Assembly (NCBI GenBank): GCA_015486105.1
Contig: WFSI01000149.1
Location: forward strand, 1 to 55,432
DNA: 55,432 nt
Source: Aquificota bacterium
GTDB lineage: Bacteria > Thermosulfidibacterota > Thermosulfidibacteria > Thermosulfidibacterales > B14-G1
Direction of reading: 5' to 3'
A program made the translations under genes and the position numbers. Positions 1 through 7,986 of this stretch are shown piece by piece. The notes beneath the pieces were generated by a model. That model was not told the origin of the DNA. It did no database searches and saw nothing but the letters and a program-made list of their open reading frames with translations. Within the stretch, counting starts at the first letter, position 1. Every line of letters begins with the position of its first letter.

Positions 1-99
1 CCTTGGGACACCATAGAAATTGACTGCAAGCCCGCCTATCACCAGGTAATCGATCCCGACTTCATTGAGGCCCTTAAATATGGCCAAGTAGTCAAGCAT
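1..99 (-). CDS. 5' fragment (33 codons, continues past the left edge) of a nucleotidyltransferase-fold protein
   Basis: ATG at 99 on the minus strand. Hand translation is MLDYLAIFKGLNEVGIDYLVIGGLAVNFYGVPR. The hydrophobic-IGG-x-A-x4-G-xx-R pattern resembles small MNT/AbiEii-type nucleotidyltransferases. Too short to appear in the ORF track. Confidence 0.3.
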   Translation of the reverse strand, partial: MLDYLAIFKGLNEVGIDYLVIGGLAVNFYGVPR

Positions 100-101
100 T
101 T

Positions 102-155
102 GGGTTTATTGCGTTATTCGCGTTTATGGCGTTTATTGGGTTTGTTGCGTTTGCA
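102..155. repeat. Tandem tract with 9-bp period, six units (consensus GNGTTTATN)
   Basis: Reads gggtttatt gcgttattc gcgtttatg gcgtttatt gggtttgtt gcgtttgca. Lies between the vapC stop (199) and the ATG at 99. A related tract in the same orientation sits at 1037-1108. Confidence 0.8.
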
Positions 156-198
156 CATAGCGAGAAAAGCGGGAAAGGCAAGACAGGCGGGACCCACT

Positions 199-612
199 TC
201 ATCCAAAAACCTCCACACCCATCCTTTCGGCGGTCGAGCGGAGGGGACCATCAAAGGTGGCAAGCCCCACGCCCAAGCGCTGAGCCAGATCAATGTAAGC
301 AGCATCATAAGCGGACAAACCGTATTCATTAACCAAAGAGCAAAAACGCCACGCGGGATTTACTCCCAAGGAAAGATCCGTTTTTATGGGCAGCATACCG
401 TAAAGCTCCATCACACGAGAAAGCTCGGCCTTGGTTATTCTCTGACGGCGGTGAGCCACCGCCAGGGCGTTAGCCACTTCATACCACCAAAGGGCCGGTA
501 CGTAAAACTGGATCCCAGAGGGAGCAGCATCCAACAATAGGTCTGCCCTCTCTGAATCTTCATCGGGCAAGGCCCAGGCCAGGGCAACAGAGGCATCCAG
601 CACCCACTCCAT
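199..612 (-). CDS. vapC: PIN-domain ribonuclease toxin (VapC family)
   Basis: 137 aa. N-terminal acidic motif VLDASV, a central YEVANAL stretch and C-terminal DAAYIDLA...LATFD are typical of the PIN fold. The start overlaps the antitoxin stop by 1 nt (TGATG at 610-614). Confidence 0.85.
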   Translation of the reverse strand: MEWVLDASVALAWALPDEDSERADLLLDAAPSGIQFYVPALWWYEVANALAVAHRRQRITKAELSRVMELYGMLPIKTDLSLGVNPAWRFCSLVNEYGLSAYDAAYIDLAQRLGVGLATFDGPLRSTAERMGVEVFG

Positions 613-854
613 CAGTAGCGGCGCCCCTCCTGAACAAGCTTCCGTACATCTACATCGCCTTTAACTTTCTCCCTGATTTCCCGGAAAGAAGAGAGCACTT
701 CTCTCAAGCTTACAGCCTTTTCCTCCCTTTTATGAGGAACCAACATGGCCACCTCTTTTCCCCTCCTGCAAATCACGAAAGAGGCACCCTTCTCCGTCTC
801 TCGAAGAAGCTCCGAGAGCTTGGTTTTTGCCTCGAAGGCACTCACCTTCTTCAC
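612..854 (-). CDS. vapB: Type II antitoxin, Phd/YefM-like (VapB partner)
   Basis: 80 aa. The N-terminus MKKVSAFEAKTKLSELL...FVICRRGKEVAMLVP is the canonical Phd/YefM antitoxin start. Translationally coupled to the PIN gene. Confidence 0.8.
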   Translation of the reverse strand: MKKVSAFEAKTKLSELLRETEKGASFVICRRGKEVAMLVPHKREEKAVSLREVLSSFREIREKVKGDVDVRKLVQEGRRY

Positions 855-870
855 TTCTCCTCCCCCACAT

Positions 871-888
871 TTTTAAACTAGTTTAAAA
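871..888. promoter_or_regulatory. 18-bp perfect palindrome TTTTAAACTAGTTTAAAA, candidate VapB operator
   Basis: Self-complementary when read directly. Lies 17 nt upstream of the antitoxin start codon, where type II TA autoregulatory operators sit. Confidence 0.45.
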
Positions 889-1036
889 GACCAGTTCGTA
901 TGTGTCAAGGGTTTGCAGGCAAGGGCGGGAAAAGGTATTGGAACATGGTTAATAGCTGATAGCCCATGGCTCATAGCTCATGGGCAATGAAGGACCTGGT
1001 GGATGAGAACGGGAAAGGCATAACCCGTCCGTGAGT

Positions 1037-1108
1037 TGGTTTATTGGGTTTATCGAGTTTATAGGGTTCGTTGCGTTGATCTGGTTCTTCTGGTTGGTTT
1101 GGTTGAGC
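1037..1108. repeat. Tandem tract with 9-bp period, eight degenerate units, related to 102-155
   Basis: Reads tggtttatt gggtttatc gagtttata gggttcgtt gcgttgatc tggttcttc tggttggtt tggttgagc. Forms the 3' end of the truncated four-helix-bundle ORF. Confidence 0.75.
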
Positions 1109-1247
1109 CTATCTCTCCCAGGCGAAAGGCATCTTGAATCTCCTGGATTTCACTGGAAAGGCTCCCAGTCAGATGGTACACCCTCTTCACCAGGTCTATT
1201 CCCATTTCCCAGATATCGAGGTCCTTATGGGTCACCACCCCATCCAC
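1059..1247 (-). pseudogene. Truncated four-helix-bundle protein (23S rRNA intervening-sequence protein family)
   Basis: 62-aa ORF. THKDLDIWEMGIDLVKRVYHLT matches the usual N-terminus of this family, whose members are normally about twice this length. The ORF tail (STKPTRRTRSTQRTL) is encoded by the 9-bp repeat tract. Confidence 0.5.
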
Positions 1248-1479
1248 CCACTTAACCCATTAATTCATTTAGCAATTTACTCATTCCCTCTCCGGACAGC
1301 CTCTGGCCATCTTGGGTCTGATCACCCAAGCTCCGCGAAAAGTCACGAAGATGACTTATACACGAAAACCTCTACAAAATAAACCAAAAACAACACCTTT
1401 TCTACAGAAGAAAATTCGATGAGCAATACATAAGGGCATCCCGTTGAATACAGAAATCAATCAAAATCGACCGCAACAC

Positions 1480-1986
1480 TTAAAGATCCAAAACCTCAAC
1501 CTGAACAGGACTTAGCAACACAGATACTGACCGGCCCAGAAGAGTGATGTTCACCACTAAGCGCATCTTCTCCCGGTTTACTTCCTTTATAACACCCACC
1601 GCCCCTGCCAGGGGTCCGTCAACAACCTTCACCCACCTACCCTCCACCAGATCAGGAAGAACCGTAAGAGGGGATCCCCCGGCTACCAGGATCCTCAAGG
1701 ACTCAATCTCTATGTCGTCCACGGGTTTGGGCGCACCGCCAAAAGAGACCAAGCCCAGTATCCCAGGCGTTCTGAGGATCTTTATATGGGACTCAGACTG
1801 GAGGGAAGTCCGAACAAAAAGGTACCGGGGAAAAAGTGGGAGATCCACCACCTTCTTTCGGGACCTGTACTTCCTGATCTTTCTCACCAGGGGCAAGTAG
1901 GTTTCCATTCCCAGGCCTTCCATCCACTGGGCCGCCTCCTTCTCGTAACGGGGCCGGGTGGAAGCCACGTACCACCTCTCCTCCAT
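1480..1986 (-). CDS. NusG/RfaH-family transcription antiterminator paralog (UpxY-like)
   Basis: Has an NGN-like N-terminus (WYVASTRPRYEKEAAQWMEGLGMETYLPLV...LFPRYLFVR) and a KOW motif (GRWVKVVDGPLAGAVGVIKEV). I place the start at MEERWYV (ATG 1986). The 40 upstream codons of the tracked ORF run through the palindrome and the transposase remnant. Confidence 0.75.
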   Translation of the reverse strand: MEERWYVASTRPRYEKEAAQWMEGLGMETYLPLVRKIRKYRSRKKVVDLPLFPRYLFVRTSLQSESHIKILRTPGILGLVSFGGAPKPVDDIEIESLRILVAGGSPLTVLPDLVEGRWVKVVDGPLAGAVGVIKEVNREKMRLVVNITLLGRSVSVLLSPVQVEVLDL

Positions 1987-2002
1987 CCTAGCTACCCCGA
2001 CT

Positions 2003-2257
2003 TCACATTTGTTTCTGGTGCAGGAGCTCCTGCACCAGAAACAGGAGGGTATTGACAGCCGTCCCTCGGGGGTAAACTCCAACCACAAGAAACCGGGAAC
2101 AGCCATCCACAGCGGTGTACTTGTACAGCCCCTCGCCTATCTTCATGGTATCCATCTGTACCCTTTCTCCAGGTATGGACTTTTCATACCTTTTGGCAGG
2201 CCTGGATATCCAGCATCTCCTACAAACAAAACCAAAATCCCCAGTTTCCTCATACAT
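2003..2257 (-). pseudogene. Degraded IS481-family transposase fragment (start of the DDE/rve core only)
   Basis: PGERVQMDTMKIGEGLYKYTAVDGCSRFLVVGVYP matches the first catalytic-Asp region of IS481/IS3-type integrase cores. Only 84 codons survive, a stop lies just upstream, and the fragment ends inside the palindrome. Confidence 0.6.
2010..2043. repeat. 34-bp perfect palindrome (tgtttctggtgcaggag|ctcctgcaccagaaaca)
   Basis: The arms are exact reverse complements with no spacer. Sits 24 nt upstream of the NusG-like start, at the truncation point of the transposase fragment. Confidence 0.9.
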
Positions 2258-2375
2258 TTTGATCCATTGAGACGCTTCAAAACTTCCTTATCCTCGTCCA
2301 TTCTTCTCATAGCCCCTTTCTACCATAGTTATGAGCAAGATGAAAAATTTGGTTAGATGTTTGATAGTTTGTAAA

Positions 2376-2464
2376 TGGCGGAGGGGGAGGGATTCGAACC
2401 CCCGGACCCGAAAAGGGTCAGATGATTTCAAGTCACCCGCCTTCGTCCACTCGGCCACCCCTCC
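2376..2464 (-). tRNA. tRNA-Ser (anticodon UGA), CCA encoded
   Basis: 89 nt, hand-folded. Acceptor GGAGGGG/CCCCTCC, 3-bp D stem, anticodon stem GGTGA/TCATC with loop CTTGAAA (anticodon TGA). Long variable arm TGACCCTTTTCGGGTC, T arm with GTTCGAATC, discriminator G then CCA. Confidence 0.9.
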
Positions 2465-2598
2465 TTGATAGGGAATAATGCTTTCCCTTCCCCAAAGGAG
2501 TCAAGGGCACCCGTATCACCGCTACACTTCGCCGCCAGGTCTGAATAAGGCTCAGGCCTTGAATCTTGGCAACATTAGAATCCCAAGCGCAAGGCTAA

Positions 2599-3786
2599 TT
2601 ACAGATACCCTTTGTCTGAGAAATACCTCTCCATTCTGTCAAAGGCCTTGTTGATATCCTCTGCATTGGTACAGAAGGACATCCTTACGTGGCCCTCTCC
2701 TGTCGGACCAAAGGCTACCCCTGGGACCACGGATACCTTGGCCTTAAACAAGAGATCCTTACACAAAGAGAGAGAGTCCTTTCCCTCCTCCACAAGGACC
2801 TTGGGAAACATATTATAAGAACCCCTCGGTCTCTGATATGAGAATACAGAATCCAACTCATCCAACCTTCGGCACATCAAGTTCCTAAAACGCAGATATT
2901 TTTCTCTAAATTCAGTCACACAATTCTGAGGACCTTTTAAGGCAGCAAGGGCTGCATACTGAGATACTACAGGAGTGCAGATTGTCATAGGAATATGGGC
3001 TTTTCTGATTTGTTCTATCATCTCCTCGGTAGCCACCACATAGCCTACCCTCCACCCTGTCATCACGTATGTCTTGGTGAAGGTGAAGCAGCTTATGGTC
3101 CTTTTTTTAAACTCCGGAATAGATGCAAGGCTGAAGTGTTCTGCCCCATCGAATGTGAAATACTCATAGGCTTCATCCGTAATGATTGCTAAGTTATGCT
3201 CCTCAGCTATCTCTGCTATACTTAGTAACTCTTCCTTATTAAATACTGTCCCTGTAGGGTTACACGGAGAGCAAAAGAGTATGGCCTTAGTCTTAGGGGT
3301 GACCGCCCTCCTAAAGGCATCCAAATCCAGCCTGAACCCTTCTTCTTCTATAGTAGGTACGAAAACAGGCACCGCTGAGGCTATTTCAACTTGAATGGTA
3401 TGGGTCGAGTAGTTGGGAGAAGGTAGGAGTACCTCATCGCCTGGGTCCACTACTGCCATCACGGCAGCAGTGAGCCCCTCAATAGCCCCATTTGTTACAA
3501 TAACTTCTGCTGGTGTAGCATCTATGTTGTTGTCTCTCTTTAATTTCTCAACTATGGCCTTCCTCAATTCCAACAGTCCAGGTACAGGAGAGTAAGCGCT
3601 CACCAGATTGTCCCTTATGGCCTTTATTGCCGCCTCGTTGATGAACTCCGGCGTGCTACCCTCTGGCCTAGCCCAAGAAAGAAAGGCTACATCAGACATG
3701 GTAGCTGATAGTCTGGTCATCTCATGAATGGCAGAAACGGGGATATTACCCACCCGCCTTGAAACTAAACCCCCCAGCTTTTCCAT
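2599..3786 (-). CDS. PLP-dependent aminotransferase, class I/II (aspartate aminotransferase-like)
   Basis: 395 aa with typical fold-type I motifs: TNGAIEGL, LPSPNYSTH, NPTGTVF, ITDEAYEYF, FTFTKTYVMTGWRVGY (PLP lysine region) and VRMSF. Confidence 0.85.
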   Translation of the reverse strand: MEKLGGLVSRRVGNIPVSAIHEMTRLSATMSDVAFLSWARPEGSTPEFINEAAIKAIRDNLVSAYSPVPGLLELRKAIVEKLKRDNNIDATPAEVIVTNGAIEGLTAAVMAVVDPGDEVLLPSPNYSTHTIQVEIASAVPVFVPTIEEEGFRLDLDAFRRAVTPKTKAILFCSPCNPTGTVFNKEELLSIAEIAEEHNLAIITDEAYEYFTFDGAEHFSLASIPEFKKRTISCFTFTKTYVMTGWRVGYVVATEEMIEQIRKAHIPMTICTPVVSQYAALAALKGPQNCVTEFREKYLRFRNLMCRRLDELDSVFSYQRPRGSYNMFPKVLVEEGKDSLSLCKDLLFKAKVSVVPGVAFGPTGEGHVRMSFCTNAEDINKAFDRMERYFSDKGYL

Positions 3787-3867
3787 GGCTCTCCCCCCTC
3801 CTTACTTGATTTGACAGCCGGGGAATTTCATACGCCTTTAGTCCATCAATAGCAAGTGCTCAAAAGC

Positions 3868-3902
3868 ACAAAGATGGGATGGAGGACAAACGCCCCCATC
3901 CC
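3868..3902 (-). terminator. Possible intrinsic terminator after the CoA-transferase genes
   Basis: Minus strand reads GGGATGG-13 nt-CCATCCC followed by ATCTTTGTGCTTTT. The loop is long, so this is weak. Confidence 0.3.
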
Positions 3903-3927
3903 AAACAAACAGCAGAGTTACAGGGCC

Positions 3928-5271
3928 TTACACTACTCCCCTATTTTTCAACTCCTGGAGTTTTCCCTTTCCTATTCCCAGGAGGGTGCTGAAGATGAAC
4001 TCAGTGTCTGCACCTACAGGACGACAAATCCACTTCACCCTCCAGGGCGACCCAGACATCTTCCATGGTAGATTGGCGATCACCAACTCTCCGTATATGG
4101 GGTCCTTGAATTTCTCAAAAAGTCCCCTTATCCACCAGTTGTTGTTCTCATCTGAAACGTTCTCCAAGGGCGAACGGATCTTACCAGGCACCACCACGCC
4201 GCCTTTGCCTGTACTTTTTGCCTCGTCATTGGCAGCCATACACCTGTCGTATATCTCCTGATACTCGTGTGCCAAGGTCCATTTCTCAATCTCTTTGTAG
4301 GCCTTCTTCATGTTGTCAAACTTTAAGCGCTCGAAGATGGTGGGATACTGTTCCCTCAGGTCGAGCCTATCTATCACCTCTGTGAGCAGACTCCAGTTCA
4401 CATCGGAGAATCCAGATAAGAAGCAGAAACCGTCCTTGCACTTAAAGTAGGTGTAACAAAAGACACCTGCATCCAGGTTGCCTGCCCTCTCAACGGTCTC
4501 TCCCCTGCCATGGTAATAGGTCAAGCTGTAATTGATCATCCTACCCAAGGCCTCAGCGGGAGAAATATCTATCATCTGACCCTTGCCCGTGCGGTGCCTG
4601 TAATGAAGAGCCGTAAGAATGGCAAATGCGGCGTAAGCACCACCATTATACCAGCCCTGCCAGTTACCCTGCTTGGTGGGCACCTCCCACTCTTGGGGGT
4701 TGTTGGGGTCCTCCACATACTCACCAGAGACATAAGTTACACCGGACATGGCCTGATCCACCACATCAGCATCGGCCTTGTTGCAGGCAGCCTTTGGCCC
4801 ATACTGACCATAGGTATAGATGGCACAATAAATGAGATCGGGCTTGATCCCCCTAAGTTGGCGATAACCAATGCCCCATTCATCCATCTGTCCCGCCTTG
4901 AAGCTCTCTATGAGCACATCTATCCGATTGTCCACCAGCCTCTTAAGTATCTCTCTCCCCTCATCCGTTTCCAAATTCAGGGTGATGTGGTACTTGTTAC
5001 GTCCCTCGTTCAGATAACCCAGGCCTTCTCCCATATGGGTAATACCAAAAGGGGTGTATGTACGGGCAGGATCTCCTCCAGGGGGCTCTACACGTATAAC
5101 ATTGGCCCCACACTCAGCCAAGATAGAGGAAGCAAAAGAGGCACCCATGTTGGCGTAGCTCAAATCCAAGACCCAGAGATCATCCAGGGCCTCAGGTTTC
5201 TCCCTGTTGAACCTGGGATCGTCTTTCTCTCTTATCCACTCACCCCAGGGTATAGATTTATCAACAGCCAT
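3928..5271 (-). CDS. Family III (CaiB/BaiF) CoA-transferase, A-type subunit, copy 1
   Basis: 447 aa. Motifs LDLSYANMGASFASSILAECGANVIRVEPPGGD and DVVDQAMSG are family-III hallmarks. Paralog of 6637-7968. Confidence 0.85.
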   Translation of the reverse strand: MAVDKSIPWGEWIREKDDPRFNREKPEALDDLWVLDLSYANMGASFASSILAECGANVIRVEPPGGDPARTYTPFGITHMGEGLGYLNEGRNKYHITLNLETDEGREILKRLVDNRIDVLIESFKAGQMDEWGIGYRQLRGIKPDLIYCAIYTYGQYGPKAACNKADADVVDQAMSGVTYVSGEYVEDPNNPQEWEVPTKQGNWQGWYNGGAYAAFAILTALHYRHRTGKGQMIDISPAEALGRMINYSLTYYHGRGETVERAGNLDAGVFCYTYFKCKDGFCFLSGFSDVNWSLLTEVIDRLDLREQYPTIFERLKFDNMKKAYKEIEKWTLAHEYQEIYDRCMAANDEAKSTGKGGVVVPGKIRSPLENVSDENNNWWIRGLFEKFKDPIYGELVIANLPWKMSGSPWRVKWICRPVGADTEFIFSTLLGIGKGKLQELKNRGVV

Positions 5272-5283
5272 CTCTAACCTCCT

Positions 5284-6624
5284 TTATGGGAAAATAATTC
5301 CAGATTTACCGTCCCAATCATCAGGTGGCGTTCTGCTTATGAAATCTGTCCACTTGCCGATAGCCCCCTTATCCTCCAACTCCTTGATCTGATCCTGAGT
5401 GAGGCCCAGGTACTTAGTGAACACATACTCGTTGTCAAAACCAACGGGCTTGCCCATCCATTTGACCCTACCAGGGGTCTCAGACAACTTAGGTGCCACA
5501 CCTTCCTCTACCCCATCCCCAAGAATAGAGTCGTCAATGTGCCACTTGAACCCCCTCACCTCAAAGTGCTCATCGTAGTAGTGGTCCCGCCCATTATGGA
5601 CCTTTTCTGCAGCAAAGCCGTATTTTTGAGCCTTCCTGTCTACCACCTGCCAGGTATTGTTTGCTACCCAGTCTTTCACTATGGAGAGGAGCTCCTCTGC
5701 ATTGCCTTCCTTTGTTCTTTCAAGGTTGGTGACAAATCGGGGATCGTTGACCAACTCCGGCTTACCCATAGCCTCGCAGAGACCCTTAAACTGCTCATCG
5801 GTGGTGGTGGCCACTGCCACCAGCTCCCCATCCATACTCCTGAAGATGTCAGAGGGGCATATGGCCACGTCCCTGTTACCGTACCGGTCCCTATCCTTGC
5901 CGGTGAGGTGGCAGTAAAGCCAGGTCCAATCCATAGCCCTCATAATGTTCTCTGCCTGAGACATCTCCATATACTGGCCCTTGCCAGTCCTGTCCCTGTA
6001 GTGAAGGGCCACAAGAATACCCACAGCAGACATGAGACCCCCGTAGTAATCGCAGAGCCAAATCCCACTCTTCATAGGGAGCCTGCCAGGAAATCCCGAT
6101 ATCCAGGCCTCCCCAGACTCCGACTGGGCAATGGCATCGTATGAGGGCCTCACTAAATATGGACCCCACTGGCCAAAACCGTTATTGGCAATGTAGATAA
6201 GACGGGGATTAATTTCAGCCAAATCCCTGTACCCAACACCCCACCTGTCCAAGGTGCCACCCCGAAGATTCTCCACCACCACGTCGGACTGGGCCACCAG
6301 CCTCTTGAAGAGCTCCTTGCCCTCTTCTTTATGGCAGTCAATGGCCACATGAAGCTTGTTTCTGGCACACTTAAGCCAGCCCAGTGCCTGATTCTTCCAG
6401 AACCATCCCCATGGAGTAAGGGAACGCATGGTGTCTCCCATGCCAGGCAACTCCACCTTGAAGACGGTAGCACCAAACTCCGTGAGATAGGCAGGGGTAG
6501 AAGGACCGAGGATCAACGTACAAAACTCTACAATCTTGATATCGCTCAGGGCCTCAGGTTTGGAAAAGACCTCCTCCATGGAGAAAAGTTCCCCAGCCCA
6601 TTCAAAATAATCACTCTTAGCCAT
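5284..6624 (-). CDS. Family III CoA-transferase, B-type subunit, copy 1
   Basis: 446 aa. Motifs [27 protein letters not shown] and [11 protein letters not shown]. Paralog of 7987-9324. Confidence 0.85.
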   Translation of the reverse strand: MAKSDYFEWAGELFSMEEVFSKPEALSDIKIVEFCTLILGPSTPAYLTEFGATVFKVELPGMGDTMRSLTPWGWFWKNQALGWLKCARNKLHVAIDCHKEEGKELFKRLVAQSDVVVENLRGGTLDRWGVGYRDLAEINPRLIYIANNGFGQWGPYLVRPSYDAIAQSESGEAWISGFPGRLPMKSGIWLCDYYGGLMSAVGILVALHYRDRTGKGQYMEMSQAENIMRAMDWTWLYCHLTGKDRDRYGNRDVAICPSDIFRSMDGELVAVATTTDEQFKGLCEAMGKPELVNDPRFVTNLERTKEGNAEELLSIVKDWVANNTWQVVDRKAQKYGFAAEKVHNGRDHYYDEHFEVRGFKWHIDDSILGDGVEEGVAPKLSETPGRVKWMGKPVGFDNEYVFTKYLGLTQDQIKELEDKGAIGKWTDFISRTPPDDWDGKSGIIFP

Positions 6625-6636
6625 TGTTTCTCCTCC

Positions 6637-7968
6637 TTATATCACGCCTTTGGATTTAAGCTCTTCAAGCTTCGTGTTGCCATATCCCAAAAATCTTTTG
6701 TAGATAATGACGTTATCAGCACCAACGGGTCTGCAGAGCCATTTCACCCTGGCCGGGGTCTCTGTCATCCTGTTGAAAGCCGGATTGGCAATGGTGATCT
6801 CGCCGTAGTTAGGATCATTAAGCTTGACAAAGGCGCACCTGATCCACCAGTTATCCTCACCCAAGGTGTCCAAGGGTTTATTGACTTTGGCCGTAGCCAC
6901 CACACCCACAGCATCAGGGGCCAGATTGAACTTCATCACCGTATCTGTGAGCTCTTGAGAGGTGAGGTTTCTGGACCACTCCTCGACAACATGGTGGATC
7001 TTAGGCTGATTCTCAGGGTTAAGGCGATCAAAGATGGTGGGGAACATATCCTTCACTTCAGGCTTGCCCATGATGTTGCATAGATGGGTCCAGTTCACAT
7101 CGGAAAAGCCAGAGATAAAGTTGGTACCGTCTTTGGTCTTCACAAAGGTATAGGGAAAGACAGCAGAGTCGTAAGGCCCTATCCTGGATCTCAGCTCCTT
7201 GGCTTGGTGGTACCACTGGAGATGATAGTCGCAGTACTTGAGCAAGCCCTCAGGGGGAGCTACATCTATGAACTGACCCTTGCCACTCTCCATTCTCCAG
7301 ATAAGAGCCACCAAGGCACCATATGCAGCCCAAACCCCACCGGCATACCAACCCATCCAGTTACCCTCTTTTGTGGGAACCCTGCACTCCTCGGGAATCT
7401 CGGGCTCGACGGGCTCTCCTGTTATAGCCATGATGCCACCCCGGGCCTGATCAACAATGTCATAGTCGGGCTTGGCTCTGTTTTTCTCGGCCTCGGGACC
7501 GAACTGGCCATAGGTGTAAATGGCACAGTAAATGAGACCTGGATTCACCTGAGAGAGTTGGCGATAGCCTATGCCCATCTCATCAGCCATGCCCGGTTTA
7601 AAGGTCTCAATAACCACATCGGCGTAACGGGCCAGATCCCGATAGATCTTCCTACCCTCCTCTACCTCCAGGTTAAGGGTGACATGGTACTTGTTACGCC
7701 CCTCGTTGAGATAACCCAAGCCCGTATCCTTGTGGATCATGCCAAAGGGGGTGAACTTCCTGGCCGCATCTCCTCCGGGAGGCTCTATTCTGATGACAAA
7801 GGCTCCAAGCTCTGCCAGGAGAGACGCCCCAAAGCAACCACCCATATGGGCCCTACTCAAATCCAGCACTACCACACCGTCCAGGGCCTCGGGTTTCTTA
7901 TGGGCATACCTGGGATCATCCTGTTCCCTTATCCACTCGTCCCAAGGTTTGGTCTTTTCAACACTCAT
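6637..7968 (-). CDS. Family III CoA-transferase, A-type subunit, copy 2
   Basis: 443 aa. The N-terminal 76 residues are 50/76 identical to 3928-5271 by hand count. Carries the YDIVDQARGG motif. Confidence 0.85.
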   Translation of the reverse strand: MSVEKTKPWDEWIREQDDPRYAHKKPEALDGVVVLDLSRAHMGGCFGASLLAELGAFVIRIEPPGGDAARKFTPFGMIHKDTGLGYLNEGRNKYHVTLNLEVEEGRKIYRDLARYADVVIETFKPGMADEMGIGYRQLSQVNPGLIYCAIYTYGQFGPEAEKNRAKPDYDIVDQARGGIMAITGEPVEPEIPEECRVPTKEGNWMGWYAGGVWAAYGALVALIWRMESGKGQFIDVAPPEGLLKYCDYHLQWYHQAKELRSRIGPYDSAVFPYTFVKTKDGTNFISGFSDVNWTHLCNIMGKPEVKDMFPTIFDRLNPENQPKIHHVVEEWSRNLTSQELTDTVMKFNLAPDAVGVVATAKVNKPLDTLGEDNWWIRCAFVKLNDPNYGEITIANPAFNRMTETPARVKWLCRPVGADNVIIYKRFLGYGNTKLEELKSKGVI

Positions 7969-7986
7969 CTTCTCACCTCCCCAGAT

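Noticed and set aside
102-155. The short tandem repeats could be a CRISPR array.
   Set aside because: The units are 9 bp, contiguous and without spacers, and no cas genes are present. This is a microsatellite-like tract, not CRISPR.
171-1025. A shared 10-mer GGGAAAGGCA lies next to both repeat tracts (177-186 and 1012-1021) and might be an extended repeat boundary.
   Set aside because: A single 10-mer recurring within 1 kb is within chance expectation, and its position relative to the two tracts is not consistent (after one, before the other).
1987-2106. N-terminal 40-codon extension of the NusG-like ORF.
   Set aside because: The extension is translated from the palindrome and the transposase remnant and has no NusG similarity. 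The family-typical N-terminus starts at MEERWYV.
2376-2464. The long-variable-arm tRNA could have been tRNA-Sec, which would have supported the UGA recoding idea.
   Set aside because: The anticodon loop is CTTGAAA, so the anticodon is UGA (reads the Ser codon UCA), not UCA. The acceptor stem is a normal 7 bp with a 3-bp D stem typical of tRNA-Ser.
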